DNA of 64,000 nucleotides from Amoebophrya sp. A120 (Eukaryota; Protista; Dinoflagellata), in NCBI GenBank assembly GCA_905178155.1, contig CAJINV010000017.1, positions 1,472,269 through 1,536,268 of the forward strand, written 5' to 3'. The translations under genes were made by a program, and so were the position numbers. A model generated the notes under the pieces. The model was not told the origin of the DNA, did not search any database, and was given only the letters and a program-made list of their open reading frames with translations. Position 1 is the first letter of the stretch, and every line of letters begins with the position of its first letter. Of the stretch, positions 1-11,964 are shown piece by piece.

Positions 1-82
1 GCACCCCGAGCTGGGTCGGGGAGTCGTGGGGTTGGGTCATGCGCCGGGTTGGGTTGGGGAGGGCGACCAAATCGGCGCGAGA

Positions 83-259
83 CCGCGATCTCGGGCCTGT
101 TTGGTTTCCGTTTCGTTGTTTGGGGGCCTTAACCCGCCGACCTGAATCTGCGACTTCGCAGAAAACGCGGGCCGTGTTTTCCGCAAAATCGCAGTTTCAG
201 GGCGGCGGGTTAAGGCCCCCAAACAACGAAACGGAAACCAACCAGGCCCGAGTTCGCGG
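83..259. repeat. Imperfect ~177-bp palindrome (long hairpin), probably part of a repeat or TE end
   Basis: GGGCCTGTTTGGTTTCCGTTTCGTTGTTTGGGGGCCTTAACCCGCC (~93-138) is the near-exact reverse complement of ~204-249, and pairing continues to a centre near 170. Confidence 0.85.
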
Positions 260-347
260 CCGCGGACCGGTGGGGGCGCGGCTGAGCAAATCGGCTCGAG
301 CCCGCGTTCTCGGGCCTTTTTTTAGTGCGATATCGTTGCCCTCGTTC

Positions 348-452
348 ATTTTGAGAAATCGCCGGAAGCCACAACGAATTCGATTTTGAGAAATCGCCGG
401 AAGCCACAACGAATTCGATTTTGAGAAATCGCCGGAAGCCACAACGAAATCG
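348..452 (+). repeat. Tandem repeat, 3 x 35 bp
   Basis: The unit ATTTTGAGAAATCGCCGGAAGCCACAACGAATTCG starts at 348, 383 and 418; the last copy has one variant. Confidence 0.95.
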
Positions 453-821
453 GTTTTGCTAACACCAAATACAAGCACCATACCAACAACTTACGCGCCC
501 AAGGAATTAACAGTTGCTCAAGCTGTAATACACATTCTTCATCACCTTCTCATTTTGGTGCAGCTCCTTAACCCATTGAGATCACCCCACCCATATGATT
601 TTCGAGCCCATTGAATTTGTACCCTTAGCCCATACATTGAGTCGTCGTAATGTATCTATTAATCGCTTCTTTCCGACGGAAACTCGGTGCCATCACGCCA
701 GCCCACAACATCTGTCGTGGGGTACCATCTTTGAAGATGCAAAGCTTGTTCAGTAATTCTAATTGAAACCTCAGAACATCAAGCGGATTATCTCAAATCC
801 CCTTCAACCCGGCCGTATATT

Positions 822-3305
822 ATGTCCGCCGCCACCCGCACCAACTCCCCGCAGCCGCCGGTTGTCGGACTCTACAATGCAGAGAGTTTCTCTCTGCACC
901 AGCAAAACGGCGCTTACACACTTCCCAACTACAACCTCCCGCCCGCACACACGAACGCTCGGAGAAGCAGCAACGCAACCACGGTGTCTGAGTTGTCCGA
1001 GACCCGAATGACGGGGCAGTCCACGGAAAATGAAAATTCTAGGAAAAATTTCTCCGGGTACTATGATTTCCAGCGGTATATCCCCGATAGCCTGTTGAAC
1101 GACGGTGCGGACGATTTCGATGAAAACGGCAACCCGACCTTCAATCTGGGCCATATCATGCGGAACAACCCGATGCAGAGCGCCAACAGCATTCTCTCCC
1201 AGGCGGCCAGGAACTCCCAGCACACACCCACGACGGTGTCTCGGGATGACGAGGATTTTTTCGAATCTCTGGGTCTAGGGGGAGCAACTGGTGCTGGCAG
1301 AAACAATGGTAGTACGCAATCTGGCACCGGCACCGGCCCTGCTTCTCACCAGAATCTCGGTCCTTTGCCGACGCGAATTTCCAACAACCTGCATCGGGTT
1401 TCGCCGCAGGTCCGGTCGAGCCTGTTGGAAATGCGAGAGGCGCTGGCGCAAACGCACAACTTGCCCGAGTACGATAGGAGGTTGGGAAATTTGCTGAAAT
1501 CCATGATCGCGCACGAGGAGGGGGAGAGGCAAAACCAAGACAGACACCACAGGAGAACGCGCGCGACGGAACGGGGAGAGGATCCGGAGGAACACGAGAG
1601 GAGATTGAACCGGCACTCGGTTCTGGCGCAGGTGTCGGACCCGATCGTCTCGGTCGTGTTACCGGAGCACCCCATAGACCCCTTAGGCGTGATCGAAGCG
1701 GCGGTGTCGGCCGAGCACCGGGAGCGGAATCCGGTAGCGAAGTCCATGTTTAACTTTCTCGAGTGGTGTTGCGAAGGCCACGAGCACGCGGCACAGCCGG
1801 TGCTGAAGTTGACGAAGGTTGGAGGAGATCATGGCACGAGGAAAAAGAAAAAGCCGGCGGCTCTCGGAGAGCCAGAGCCGGTTCCCGTTTTCGACTTCGA
1901 TAGTGACCAGGGCAGCTTCGCCGGCAGTCCTGCCGCTGGTCAAGGCATGAAGGCCGCGAGCGGTGGCGGAAAAGGAGCTAGTAGTCCGATGGCAGGGCCT
2001 GGCGGTAAAAGTGGAAAGAAAGGTCTGCAAAGGTCAGGAACTGTCCCGATTTCGATGGGAGGCGGCTTGCAACAGCAAAACGGCGAAATGGGCGGTGGCA
2101 TGGCCATGCACGGAAAAGGTCCTGCTCCGAGTGGCGGCTCTGGCATGATGATGCCGGGAAAATCGGGCGGCCTGACCTCGATGTCAGGCGCGCCAGGAGG
2201 TGGACCACCTGGAGGCCCTGGTGGTGGAATGGGCAACATGCACAGTTCGTCACAACCGGTTGGTATGGGCATGCACAGCTCGTCACAACCAGTTGGAGGA
2301 GGCATGGGCATGCATTCTTCATCTTCTCTCGCCATGGGAAGCAGTAGTTCGAAAGGCGGGCTCCCCGCTTCCGGTGCTACTAGTGGTCCAGGAGGTCCCG
2401 GCGGCTTGACAATGGCCGGTAGTGTCGGAGGAGGAGGACAAAAAGGAAGTTCAAGTTTTCGTGTTGGTGCAATGCCCCAGACCCAGCAACCTCGACCCCT
2501 TCATCACGACGACTATCTCTACACCGATGAGGACTACGACGAAACCGACGACTTCGCGCACCTATTCCGCCTAACCCCAGAAGAAAGACAGAGACGGGAA
2601 GCGGAGAGACTCAACGCAGAGTTCGAGTGGCAGCGGGAAATCCAGCAGGTGCACAACAGCGGCCACAACGCGGGCAACGAGTCTTTCCGAGAAATCACCG
2701 GTATGCTGCTGGAAAGAAAAGGCGTTTCGAAACAGAAAGCCGACCCCGAAGCACGGATCAATCTGGATAGAAATGCTCCGGGGTTGAGTGTTGGGAGCCA
2801 CCAGCAGAGCATGGCAGACGACGCGCAGGTGACTGATGGTGCGGATGGTCCTGCAAACAAAGGAAAGTTGTTTCGAAGAGGGACGACCAATCGAGACCTG
2901 CCACATCATCCCGAGGACGAGGGGGTCGCCGGTGGTGCGACTACTTCGAATGCAACGCCTGGCGATGTTCTTCCTGGAAGCAGCAGCAGCCAGCCTGCAG
3001 GACCTTCGACTTCCGCTTCCCCACCTCCACCTGCACCTGCGCGACCTCTGATAGCAACCGCTTCATCTGCAAGTGCAGTTGGACTACAGAGCAGTCCCGG
3101 GCCCAGTAGCCCAAGCGCAAATGCAAGCCCACCCCTGCCGCCAGCACGTGAAAGCGCAGCGAGTGCTGTAGCACAACCTCCGGGAGGTGCAACTGCTACG
3201 CCATCTTCACCCTCGTTACCCACTGGCGCAAGTAGGCCATCCGCGCAACAGCAAGCGCAGGCCGACTTTGCGATGTTGAAAACAAAGGGGAAAGGAAGTA
3301 AATGA
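822..3305 (+). CDS. Hypothetical low-complexity protein (827 aa; G/S/M/P-rich, MHSSSQPVG repeats)
   Basis: Long uninterrupted ATG-TGA ORF on the same strand as all neighbours; no domain recognised. Confidence 0.7.
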   Translation: MSAATRTNSPQPPVVGLYNAESFSLHQQNGAYTLPNYNLPPAHTNARRSSNATTVSELSETRMTGQSTENENSRKNFSGYYDFQRYIPDSLLNDGADDFDENGNPTFNLGHIMRNNPMQSANSILSQAARNSQHTPTTVSRDDEDFFESLGLGGATGAGRNNGSTQSGTGTGPASHQNLGPLPTRISNNLHRVSPQVRSSLLEMREALAQTHNLPEYDRRLGNLLKSMIAHEEGERQNQDRHHRRTRATERGEDPEEHERRLNRHSVLAQVSDPIVSVVLPEHPIDPLGVIEAAVSAEHRERNPVAKSMFNFLEWCCEGHEHAAQPVLKLTKVGGDHGTRKKKKPAALGEPEPVPVFDFDSDQGSFAGSPAAGQGMKAASGGGKGASSPMAGPGGKSGKKGLQRSGTVPISMGGGLQQQNGEMGGGMAMHGKGPAPSGGSGMMMPGKSGGLTSMSGAPGGGPPGGPGGGMGNMHSSSQPVGMGMHSSSQPVGGGMGMHSSSSLAMGSSSSKGGLPASGATSGPGGPGGLTMAGSVGGGGQKGSSSFRVGAMPQTQQPRPLHHDDYLYTDEDYDETDDFAHLFRLTPEERQRREAERLNAEFEWQREIQQVHNSGHNAGNESFREITGMLLERKGVSKQKADPEARINLDRNAPGLSVGSHQQSMADDAQVTDGADGPANKGKLFRRGTTNRDLPHHPEDEGVAGGATTSNATPGDVLPGSSSSQPAGPSTSASPPPPAPARPLIATASSASAVGLQSSPGPSSPSANASPPLPPARESAASAVAQPPGGATATPSSPSLPTGASRPSAQQQAQADFAMLKTKGKGSK

Positions 3306-3926
3306 CGATGAGTGAAAAGTAGACTGCTCCTATGCGCTTTTCCTGCTGCAAATGCCAACCACTTTGCGATAACGGCGAAATTACATACGTAAAATCTCTA
3401 TTTATCAATTTTCTTACGCCTTTGGCGCGTCAACAACTCTACGACCAAAAAGAATCAAGAAAGGAATGCAGAGCAAAGACGGGGTTCCGCTACACCCGTA
3501 CGGTTTCGGGTGGCGCGCGTGGTCTGTTATCAAAGTGCACATGGAATTTCTGTTCTCTGTTGCGACAGTGTCCTCATGGTCGTGGACCCCCCATTGCAAA
3601 TGCTGCACGTTCGCAGTCAATATGATCCACATCGGTACCAAAGAATTGGCGGGTGGCTCTGAAATCCGTCGAGAGTGGAGTTTGGAGTAACCGTAATTTT
3701 CCTCAAAGAGAGACCGTGAGAGCAATTCGATGGTCAAGCTTACATATGCGTTTCCAGAGCACCAAAACCAGGACTCAACGCTACATCGATCTTGAAGTTC
3801 TGCGACAGGACCATATGAATCGAATGCTCGCAACACTGGTTTAGTTGTGTCTTGGTTGAAGATCCCGCCCAGATCTATAAATAATTTGAAAATGTTGAAA
3901 AAACTCAGTTGTGTCTTGGTTTGACA

Positions 3927-4361
3927 ATGAAAAAACTCAGCTCAAGAAGCAAGATGGGCAGCACCTCGAAAACCGCCCAAGCTGAGGGGAGCCGCGCCAC
4001 CACAATGAAGAAGGCGAAAGTTGTCTTGAAAAAGAACCGAACACCTTTGTGCAGAACCGCTGCCAGTGGGTATGTCAAGCCCTTCACGAAGTTTCAGGAG
4101 TTGCAAACGGAGAAGAGCCCGAAAACGAGAGAAGCGTTCTTCCGGCTGGTCGAGGACTTTCTGCAAAAATACCAAAACCCGAAAGTACAAAACCAGTACG
4201 CTATGCGACAGTGCAGCGTGTTGAATCTGTTCCGAAAACGGCAGGATTTGTTTCCGTTCGAGCCGAAGACCGCCCATGATAAAGTTTTGGACTGGTTGGT
4301 GAAGAACTATGCTGCGTTTGCAAAGCGGGTCATTTTGGAAAATTCTTGTGTGCAGAAATGA
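3927..4361 (+). CDS. Hypothetical small basic protein
   Basis: ORF with plausible codon usage and an in-frame ATG at 3927; no recognisable domain. Confidence 0.45.
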   Translation: MKKLSSRSKMGSTSKTAQAEGSRATTMKKAKVVLKKNRTPLCRTAASGYVKPFTKFQELQTEKSPKTREAFFRLVEDFLQKYQNPKVQNQYAMRQCSVLNLFRKRQDLFPFEPKTAHDKVLDWLVKNYAAFAKRVILENSCVQK

Positions 4362-5054
4362 CGAGTAAATAGGAAACGGAAAAAACGCAGATAAGAAGCG
4401 GGAGCGAGCATTGCTGAGTACGGCGAATAATGTACTTAGGATAGTTCTTCGTCATTTTCACTTCATCTCGTTGTCGTTTCACAAGATCAGCACCCATGCG
4501 CGATGAAAGTGCTGAGTATGATGCTGGTCAACTTCACATGAAGATGGCGCAGCACTGCCTACACTGAGCTACCAGTTGTTGTTCCAGCCGCATGTTCCTT
4601 GCGATACCTGTGAAGATGTTTGCTCCATGACCTCCAGTTTGTCTTGCGACTTATCTCACTTCCTGTACACAAACAGAGCAGCTCTCTCAGATGAAGATCC
4701 GCATTCGCAGTGGCTCGATTGATCAAGCTCGCGCAAGAATCTAAAACGTTCTAGGTCGTGACAACAGATGGATCACTGCCGTTTTTTTTTTTTTATCTGA
4801 TGTCTCATGTTCTTTTTGTGCATCTCGTGGTGGACCATCATCCGCAGTTTTTGTGTTTTCTCCACGACTGATTTCAAGCTGAACAGTGAGAAAGCACAGA
4901 CCATTCTTTCATCCTCGACGCGGTCGGACGGGCTGTGGTACTCATCTTTGAATGTAGCAGTGTCATGACTTTTCCACCGTGAGAATACTTATTAAAACTC
5001 CTGTGGTGCCCGTGTCCGTGAAGATTTTTCCATCTTCCGTAAATAAAAAGAAAA

Positions 5055-6698
5055 ATGAAAATCAGAAGCGGGGTAGCAGCGTTGTTTGCCACAAGAGGTA
5101 ATGAAACGCCACTTGAAAAAAACATGCAGCTGCCTCTCCTGGATCTATCCTTTCTGAATTTGCTGCCTGACAAGACATCAACTGGACCCGGCGCAGATGA
5201 TGAACCAGCCGAGCTTGATTTCCCTCCCGATCTTGTTTCAGCCTGGGACCACGCATTCAAAACGTACGGTTTCGCATATGTGAAAATTCCGGAATCACTG
5301 ACCGCTTTGTACAGGAGACTCGCCAGGAGAACAGCCGAGCCTGCATCTGGAGAAGGGGACGGCGGCTTAGATGAGTGTCAGGACGAGACCTCCGAGGCAG
5401 CCGAGCGCGACGCAGCCGAAGAAAAAAATGTTGGCGCCAGAACGGATCTTTTCTTTTCACCCCTGGACGAGTTTTTTCTCGGCTGTTCAAATGAGGAGAA
5501 AATGCAGTATTGCCTGGGGAAGGGGTACGGGCTGGGTGGATACGTGCCTCGTGGCGTGGAAACCGTAGCAAAAAGTAGCGTACTGGCAGAAGGTGACACT
5601 GGAAGTGGTGTTGGTGGAAAAAAACGAGTCCTGAGACCAGACCCCGTTGAAACGTTGTGTCTGAACGCGTGGAAGGAAGAATTTGATGCGGGCGAGATGG
5701 GGCTGGTTGATGTTGAGCGCAAAAACATTGCAGCAGGCGAAAGTCCGCCACTTCTAGCAGCACACGGAGCGGGTTCGTTTGCTCTGTACCCACCCTCGGA
5801 AAGAACCATTCCGATCTCCCCGTTTCCGCGCGAGCAGACGGGCTACAGAAGTGATGAACTCCTGGACTTGACCCGCAGCCTCTGGCGGCAGCTGGATTCG
5901 CTTTTGCAGAAGGTCATGGAACTGTCTGCGACCGCGTTGCAGCTGCGCGGAGAGGCGCGGGAGAGCTTTCTAGAGGGCTTCCGGGAAGGCAAGGCGAGCA
6001 ATGTGCTGCGGTATGCGAGGTATTTTGATGAAGACGTGCACCAGGAACAGGGAGGGGAAGATGGATCTGGTGCACAAGAAGGACCTCACCAATCGCCACC
6101 GGCAGTAGACGAGAGGCTTCTCTATGGTCCCCACACGGACTACACAGGCTTTACCTTTCTGTGGCGATCAGGCGAGAACGGATTGCAGTGCTTGGGATCC
6201 GAGCGGAGTAGCAGAAGTTCTAAAAGCGGAGATGAGCAGCAAACGCAATTGGGCTGCTCATCTTGTTCTCCTGCTGCAGCATCGACTACAGCACTTTTGC
6301 AGAGAAATAAAGGATTATCCTGGGTCGATGTTCACAACAATCTCGGAGATGACGTTATTGTGGTCAACGCGGGAGATTTGTTGCAGCGATGGACCAACGA
6401 TTATTGGCTAAGCAACTTGCACCGGGTGACAGGACCGAGGGGAACGCGACAACGTGGTGGGAGTGCGCCACAAGTCGGTGGAGAGCGTGGCGCATCCGAC
6501 GCTCATCGGGGGGAGCATTCAGTGTTATACAGCATCGTGTTTTTCACGGGGCCGCACGATGACACCGTGATGAGACCTCTGAGGAGCTCGGAATTGATAC
6601 GGGCTTTCAGTGACGAGAATGGAATAGATGAGAACAAATACCCTGTGACCACGAGTGGAGCCCACCTGCTCGAGAAAATTTTGAAGTCGAATCAATGA
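5055..6698 (+). CDS. 2-oxoglutarate/Fe(II)-dependent oxygenase (IPNS/DIOX_N family)
   Basis: LPLLDL and TYGFAYV N-terminal motifs, HTD (GPHTDYTGFT), VNAGDLLQRWTND, distal His (SNLHRV), YSIVFF. The start may be Met at 5124. Confidence 0.9.
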   Translation: MKIRSGVAALFATRGNETPLEKNMQLPLLDLSFLNLLPDKTSTGPGADDEPAELDFPPDLVSAWDHAFKTYGFAYVKIPESLTALYRRLARRTAEPASGEGDGGLDECQDETSEAAERDAAEEKNVGARTDLFFSPLDEFFLGCSNEEKMQYCLGKGYGLGGYVPRGVETVAKSSVLAEGDTGSGVGGKKRVLRPDPVETLCLNAWKEEFDAGEMGLVDVERKNIAAGESPPLLAAHGAGSFALYPPSERTIPISPFPREQTGYRSDELLDLTRSLWRQLDSLLQKVMELSATALQLRGEARESFLEGFREGKASNVLRYARYFDEDVHQEQGGEDGSGAQEGPHQSPPAVDERLLYGPHTDYTGFTFLWRSGENGLQCLGSERSSRSSKSGDEQQTQLGCSSCSPAAASTTALLQRNKGLSWVDVHNNLGDDVIVVNAGDLLQRWTNDYWLSNLHRVTGPRGTRQRGGSAPQVGGERGASDAHRGEHSVLYSIVFFTGPHDDTVMRPLRSSELIRAFSDENGIDENKYPVTTSGAHLLEKILKSNQ

Positions 6699-8977
6699 TA
6701 GAGACAAAAGTTACGTAATAGCCTTGGCGATATCTCCAGGAGAATTTTCCTGATATCACCAAGCATACAGCGAGGCATCCTACTGTTACTTAGTGTCGTG
6801 CAGAACATATATTGGCAGTCCGAGATGGAAATAATACCAAAAACATGTCGAGGTATCTCCAGAAACGAATTTGAGTCGCTTTGTTGAATGAATTGTTGCC
6901 TAGGAAGACGCTGAAACGAAATTTGAATGATTCTGTTTTTGGTGGAATTCAATGGCAGAACGAGGGCAGCAGGTGGTGCAAGCTCGCCGGACAAATGAGT
7001 AGCCGTTGTCTAAGCCTGCTTCTTAAAGAAGCGGCTTGCACTACATTGCCTTACTTGCTGCAGTTCGTCGCATGTGTTCCTTGCGGTGTTAGCTAGCCGA
7101 GTCACCGGCAGCGGCAGTACCAAGAAGCGATTATGGAAAATCTGAATTCTCGAGTCGTAGAGAGCTCTAGAGAGACGCAAGGCGCGGCAGAGTGGCGCAA
7201 GGCCCTGCGCGTGCAAGGTGCTGGCGCTGAGCGGCGGAAGAAGTGGCAAGGCGGGCGCGGGCCGAAATTTGTGGCGCCGCTTCAGCCGGTGGGCGCTTTG
7301 GTCGCCCACCACCGGCGCCGACAGGACGCCGATGAAGAGGGTCAGTCCCAGCCGGCGGCGGGCAACCTAAGGCACGGATTTGCAGAACAAGGCCAAAGGA
7401 CAAGCGTGCGCGACTGAAGCGCCACCGCTGTGGCGCTGGATAGTTCGGAACTATTCTCGCGGCGCGGGGCCCGCCGGCCCCCATTGATCCTTCCCAGGCG
7501 CACCCGGGGGCTTCTTGCCGGGCCTCCCTTGAAGGCTGCAGGCCGTCGAGCACGCCGGGGGGGGGGGGCGGCGCCCGCCCGCCCGGCGGCTTCCGCAAGA
7601 GGCGCACGGCAGGCCCCCCCCCCCGGCTTGCCCGGCCGGCCGCCCGTGGCCCCCCAGGGTAGGCCTCTAGCGGGCGGCACAGGACGGGCGCGGGAGGCCG
7701 CCCCCCATTTCTTCGGCCCGTATTCCTGCGCGATGTTCGGGAGCACGCCGGCGCCCTCTCCGGCCTATCATGATGATCGGGCAGGCCTAGGCCCAAGACG
7801 TTCCACGGAAACGGGCCGCGGGCCTTCCGCTTCCTTCTTGCTTGTGCCCGCCAATGGCCTCGGCAGAGCCGGGTGCCGGGCGTGGTTGCTTTCGGCCCCC
7901 CGGCCGGCCCCGGCCTTACCGCCGGCGCTTTAGTTAGTTGCCCGCGCGCGGCCATCGCTCCGGAAGGGGTTGCCGGGCGTCCGCAACGCGCGCCCGGGCG
8001 GGGCCTGCGTATGTTTCCGCGCGCCCCTTGGCGCCCGCCAGGCCCCTGCCTCGCCCCTTCCTTCGCTCCGTCCTAGGATCTATGTCTGTTGTGCGCCTTT
8101 GGAGGGGGCGCTATTTTTTTGTGCCCCGCCGCCCCGACCGGGCGCTGCACTGGACAGCCAGCATTCCCTGGCCGCCGCCCGCACTTCCATGCCCGCCGGC
8201 CGTCCGGGGAGGATCCATCTGGACAGTGCCTACGCCTGGCCCCGGCGGATTGATATTGTGAAGGGGGACGCCGGCCGGGGGTGGTGTGGCCGGGTGTCTC
8301 GGCTTCACTCAGTTGTTGCGTCGTTGTCATGTGTGCTAATTTTCGCTGCGGTGTGCCATGGCGGCGTGTGGGGCGGTGAGGCTACAAGTTAAGTACGCCG
8401 ACTCACTGAAGACGAATAAAGATTTAGTGTCCGTGTGGCCCACCTTCGTGTTCGTGTGTCTGTTTCAGTCCCTCTGTGTTGCAGTTGCTTGAGCTTGGCG
8501 CGTCCTCGGTATTAGTTGGCCGTAGCGTACGGGCATTCTAAAAATGGAAATGCAAGAAGGAGAAATCGAACGTCAAAAAGTCAAAGTAGATCCTGATCTG
8601 AATTCAAGGCATGGCGACGAAATTCATCGCACAAAGATATAGTACCGACAGCGTGATCCCCCTCAAGAAATTGATACAGCGGACAAATTTAGATCAGAAG
8701 TGGAAGATCATTGCATTTGTTGTGTAACAAACACAGTTACAAGAAGACAATGAGACGGACGAAAAGCCACGCGCTCTGTCTTCTCGGACTCCTAGCTACT
8801 TATTCCGGACGAATTCGAATTCACGATCAGGTAAACGACCGTAGGAGCAAGTATGAACACGAACAAAAGTATTTCTGTCGGCATAGATCAAAAATTCGAA
8901 GTGACCTCCTAGTCGTAGAGGCAGAGCCATTTAAGTTTCTTGCCAAGTGTTACTTTGACTCAGCATCGTCATTCAAA

Positions 8978-11050
8978 ATGCCGATGCAATCCCGTTTCGA
9001 GCGACGGCGCAAAGACCGCGCCCGGATACTCGACATTTGCTCCCGTATCGCGGACAAAGTCGTCGCAGAAAGTGGAGTCGAGGTTTCCCTGCACAAGAAG
9101 CCGACAGCAGGTGCGGTTGGTGATGGGCTTGCTGTACATCGACATCAAGAGCTGCATGATGGAATCGCTCTCACATTTCCCACTTCTACAGGTGGCACAA
9201 CCGATCATGCTACTTCTGGCACCTCATTGCCCCACCTGCCTCCAGTGAGTGCCGTCATGGTGGACAAGGAACGCGACAGGACGAACTTGAGCACAGCAAG
9301 TCCCTGCACCACTATGTCCTCGCCCAGCAGCCCTTCTTCAAGCGGAACTACAAAAGATGAATCTAAAAACTCCTTCTGGGCGACCGTTCCCGCAGCGTTA
9401 AATCCGGCTTCTGAACTCTGCGCCCTGCAGAAAAAAACCGGTCGCGCAGAACGGAAGCAGCAACAGCTGGAGAGCGTTATAACGAGCGCTGTTTTTCCGG
9501 TTGTGGAGCATGTCTTGCAGCATCAAGCATCAAGAAAGATATTACCGAGCAACGCAACATTGAGAGGAGGAGCAGAGGATGTAGTTGATACAGCTGCAAC
9601 TGAGAAGATTATTGCTACAGGCTCCTCTATACAACGTATGAAGAAGCCCTCATCTACAACCACAGCACCGCTCCACATCGTCGATTTTTGCGCTGGGAGC
9701 GGCCACGTCGGTTTGCTCGTCGCGCATTTTTTCGGGCCGGACAAGGTTCAAGTGACCTGTGTGGACCGGTGTCCAGGGAAGTGCGAAATGGGGAACAACC
9801 GGGCTAAAGACGCTGGGCTGACGAACGCGAAATTTGTGCGCAAAAGCTTAGAAGAGTGTGGAATTGGGCGAGACGATGACAGTGAAATAAAATTGAAACA
9901 ACACGAAACAGCAAGCGCAACAACTACCATCGAGCAAGACGTATTCAAATTTGACGTCGCTCTCTCCCTGCACAGTTGCGGGCTGCTCACGGATGCGATT
10001 CTGAAGATGTGTACCGAGCAAAAAGCCTCTTTCGTCCTCGTCCCCTGTTGCTACGGGCAGTTGTGCGGAAAGGAGCGCCTGTTTTACTCCAAGCTGTTCG
10101 GGTTGGACGCCGTGCCCAGGCCGCAGAGCCGGTTTTTCCAGAACAGAAACTGGTGGGGGGAGAAGGTATTTGCAGGGACTTCTACAACAACTTCTGCTCT
10201 CGAGGGCACGACCAACGACCCGCTCAAGACTGAAGATCATTCGGCGGACGACTCGATGCTCATGTGCACGCCGGCGACCACCGCAGACGAAAGCGGAGAA
10301 ACTACGCCAGACCCAGACGTCGAGAGTGACGACGATCATGGGTCCTTAGATGCTCCACTTCACGAGAGTGCAAAAGAGGATGACGGCCTCTCAACGCCGC
10401 GCAAGCTCCTGCAGGAGAGAAATGCCGCTCGATCTGCGCAGCAGGGGAGGACAACCCGCGACGCATTTCGACCCCTCATTCCCCGTAACGACCTGGATTT
10501 CTTTCGAAACAAAATTATACTTTCTCAACAACACAACGCCTCGAGCATTAAAGCGAAAACGACATCTTCGAGCAGAATAAAGGCCCAGCAACTCCCCGGA
10601 GGCGATTTGGCAGACCAGATGAAGGATATGAATTTGGAAGAGTTTGTCAGAACACCACCACCAGCACCTGAGACGACTGCTCCAGTAGTTTCTAATGCGG
10701 AGGAGACATCGGAAGATGCGTCTGGCTCTGGTGTGATGATGCAGACCACCGGTTTCCAATCTGAGACGAGTGAGAATTGCCTCGTCCACGAGAACGATTT
10801 CTGGTCCCAGATTTTGGTTTCTGCGGAAATCGACGTGGTGGGGAACCAGAGCAACTGGCAGGACGAAAACTTCGAGAACAATTTGAAGTTTCAACAAGTG
10901 AAAAAGTGCATGCAGGCCTGCGACGTGGACCGTTTGCGCAGGGTGAGGGAAAAATGCCCCGACTTGTATGATGTGCGACTGACCTCTTTGTACCCCTTGA
11001 ACTGTACCCCCAAAAATGAGGTTTTGGTCGGCAAAAGGAGGTTTGTTTGA
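8978..11050 (+). CDS. SAM-dependent methyltransferase (GSTCD-like / Methyltransf_32)
   Basis: IVDFCAGSGHVGL, SLHSCGLLTD, FVLVPCCYG and C-terminal TPKNEVLVG motifs. The frame is open from 8711, so the start is uncertain. Confidence 0.85.
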   Translation: MPMQSRFERRRKDRARILDICSRIADKVVAESGVEVSLHKKPTAGAVGDGLAVHRHQELHDGIALTFPTSTGGTTDHATSGTSLPHLPPVSAVMVDKERDRTNLSTASPCTTMSSPSSPSSSGTTKDESKNSFWATVPAALNPASELCALQKKTGRAERKQQQLESVITSAVFPVVEHVLQHQASRKILPSNATLRGGAEDVVDTAATEKIIATGSSIQRMKKPSSTTTAPLHIVDFCAGSGHVGLLVAHFFGPDKVQVTCVDRCPGKCEMGNNRAKDAGLTNAKFVRKSLEECGIGRDDDSEIKLKQHETASATTTIEQDVFKFDVALSLHSCGLLTDAILKMCTEQKASFVLVPCCYGQLCGKERLFYSKLFGLDAVPRPQSRFFQNRNWWGEKVFAGTSTTTSALEGTTNDPLKTEDHSADDSMLMCTPATTADESGETTPDPDVESDDDHGSLDAPLHESAKEDDGLSTPRKLLQERNAARSAQQGRTTRDAFRPLIPRNDLDFFRNKIILSQQHNASSIKAKTTSSSRIKAQQLPGGDLADQMKDMNLEEFVRTPPPAPETTAPVVSNAEETSEDASGSGVMMQTTGFQSETSENCLVHENDFWSQILVSAEIDVVGNQSNWQDENFENNLKFQQVKKCMQACDVDRLRRVREKCPDLYDVRLTSLYPLNCTPKNEVLVGKRRFV

Positions 11051-11964
11051 AAGAAAGTGGACAACCTTACAAACCACCATTGTTTGAAAGCGACAAATAT
11101 TTGAACATGAAGTTGAAGATCTATTTTGCGACACTTACATTCATTACTTCCTCCTAGCATTTTTCCCCCGTGCTTCAAATGCATGGCCGAAAGTTTCAAG
11201 ATGTGACATTTGGGGCATTCTGGAGAGATCATGATGGTCTTCTTCAGGTATAGTTCGTAGTCACCTGCTCGTGTTTTGCGCCTTGTTCGAATATGGCTGT
11301 CGTGATCTGTCTGATACACTCAAAAAGTATTCTTACGTAGCCAGCTAGCAGGGGATTTTCATCCACTCTAGGTTCGTGAAAGAAGTGCAAAAACCAGAGC
11401 GACTCACTACGAGAGAACAAGCATCGTTTTGCTTTGCCAAAGCCAAAGGTTCTCGTCCTGAGAGATGGTTGGAAAAACAGACGACGACTTTGTGCTCGTT
11501 TCGGCGCAAAAGGTCAAAGGAGCAAGTTTTCAAAATGCCTCGTCAAAGTTACAGCAATGCAAGTTGTGCCATTTCCTCCGCATGCGGTGGGTACGCGTCG
11601 GTTTTTGTTGAATCTCCAAAAAGCCGTTTGATTTTCTTCAAGTTGTAGTTGCGCATTTATTTTACCGCAGGTGTCTTTTTCCGCCTCCGCGTTTTGTTTC
11701 GGTTTGGCTTACTTATGTGATTATATCTATGTGTCTGTGAGTACCACACGACAAAGAAATCGCGCAACGAGCGGTGTCTTCATTTTGAGCCCGAAATCGA
11801 TGCGCGATGAGAATGAGCAGCCCATTCGCAAAATAAAAAGAACACATCAATGCATAGTCGTTTTTGAGGAGGCGTTGTAAATAAGCAACACAAGAAAGCA
11901 GGACGCTGAACCCTTATCAAATTACACCACAGAGAAAACAGAAAAGTCGGGAAATAAACAAAAA

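Noticed and set aside
348-452. CRISPR-like 35-bp repeats
   Set aside because: The units are head-to-tail with no spacers, there are no cas genes, and the context is eukaryotic.
8400-8440. CTGAAGA suggesting a hammerhead ribozyme or an LTR
   Set aside because: There is no stem II followed by GAAA and no second LTR copy in the window.
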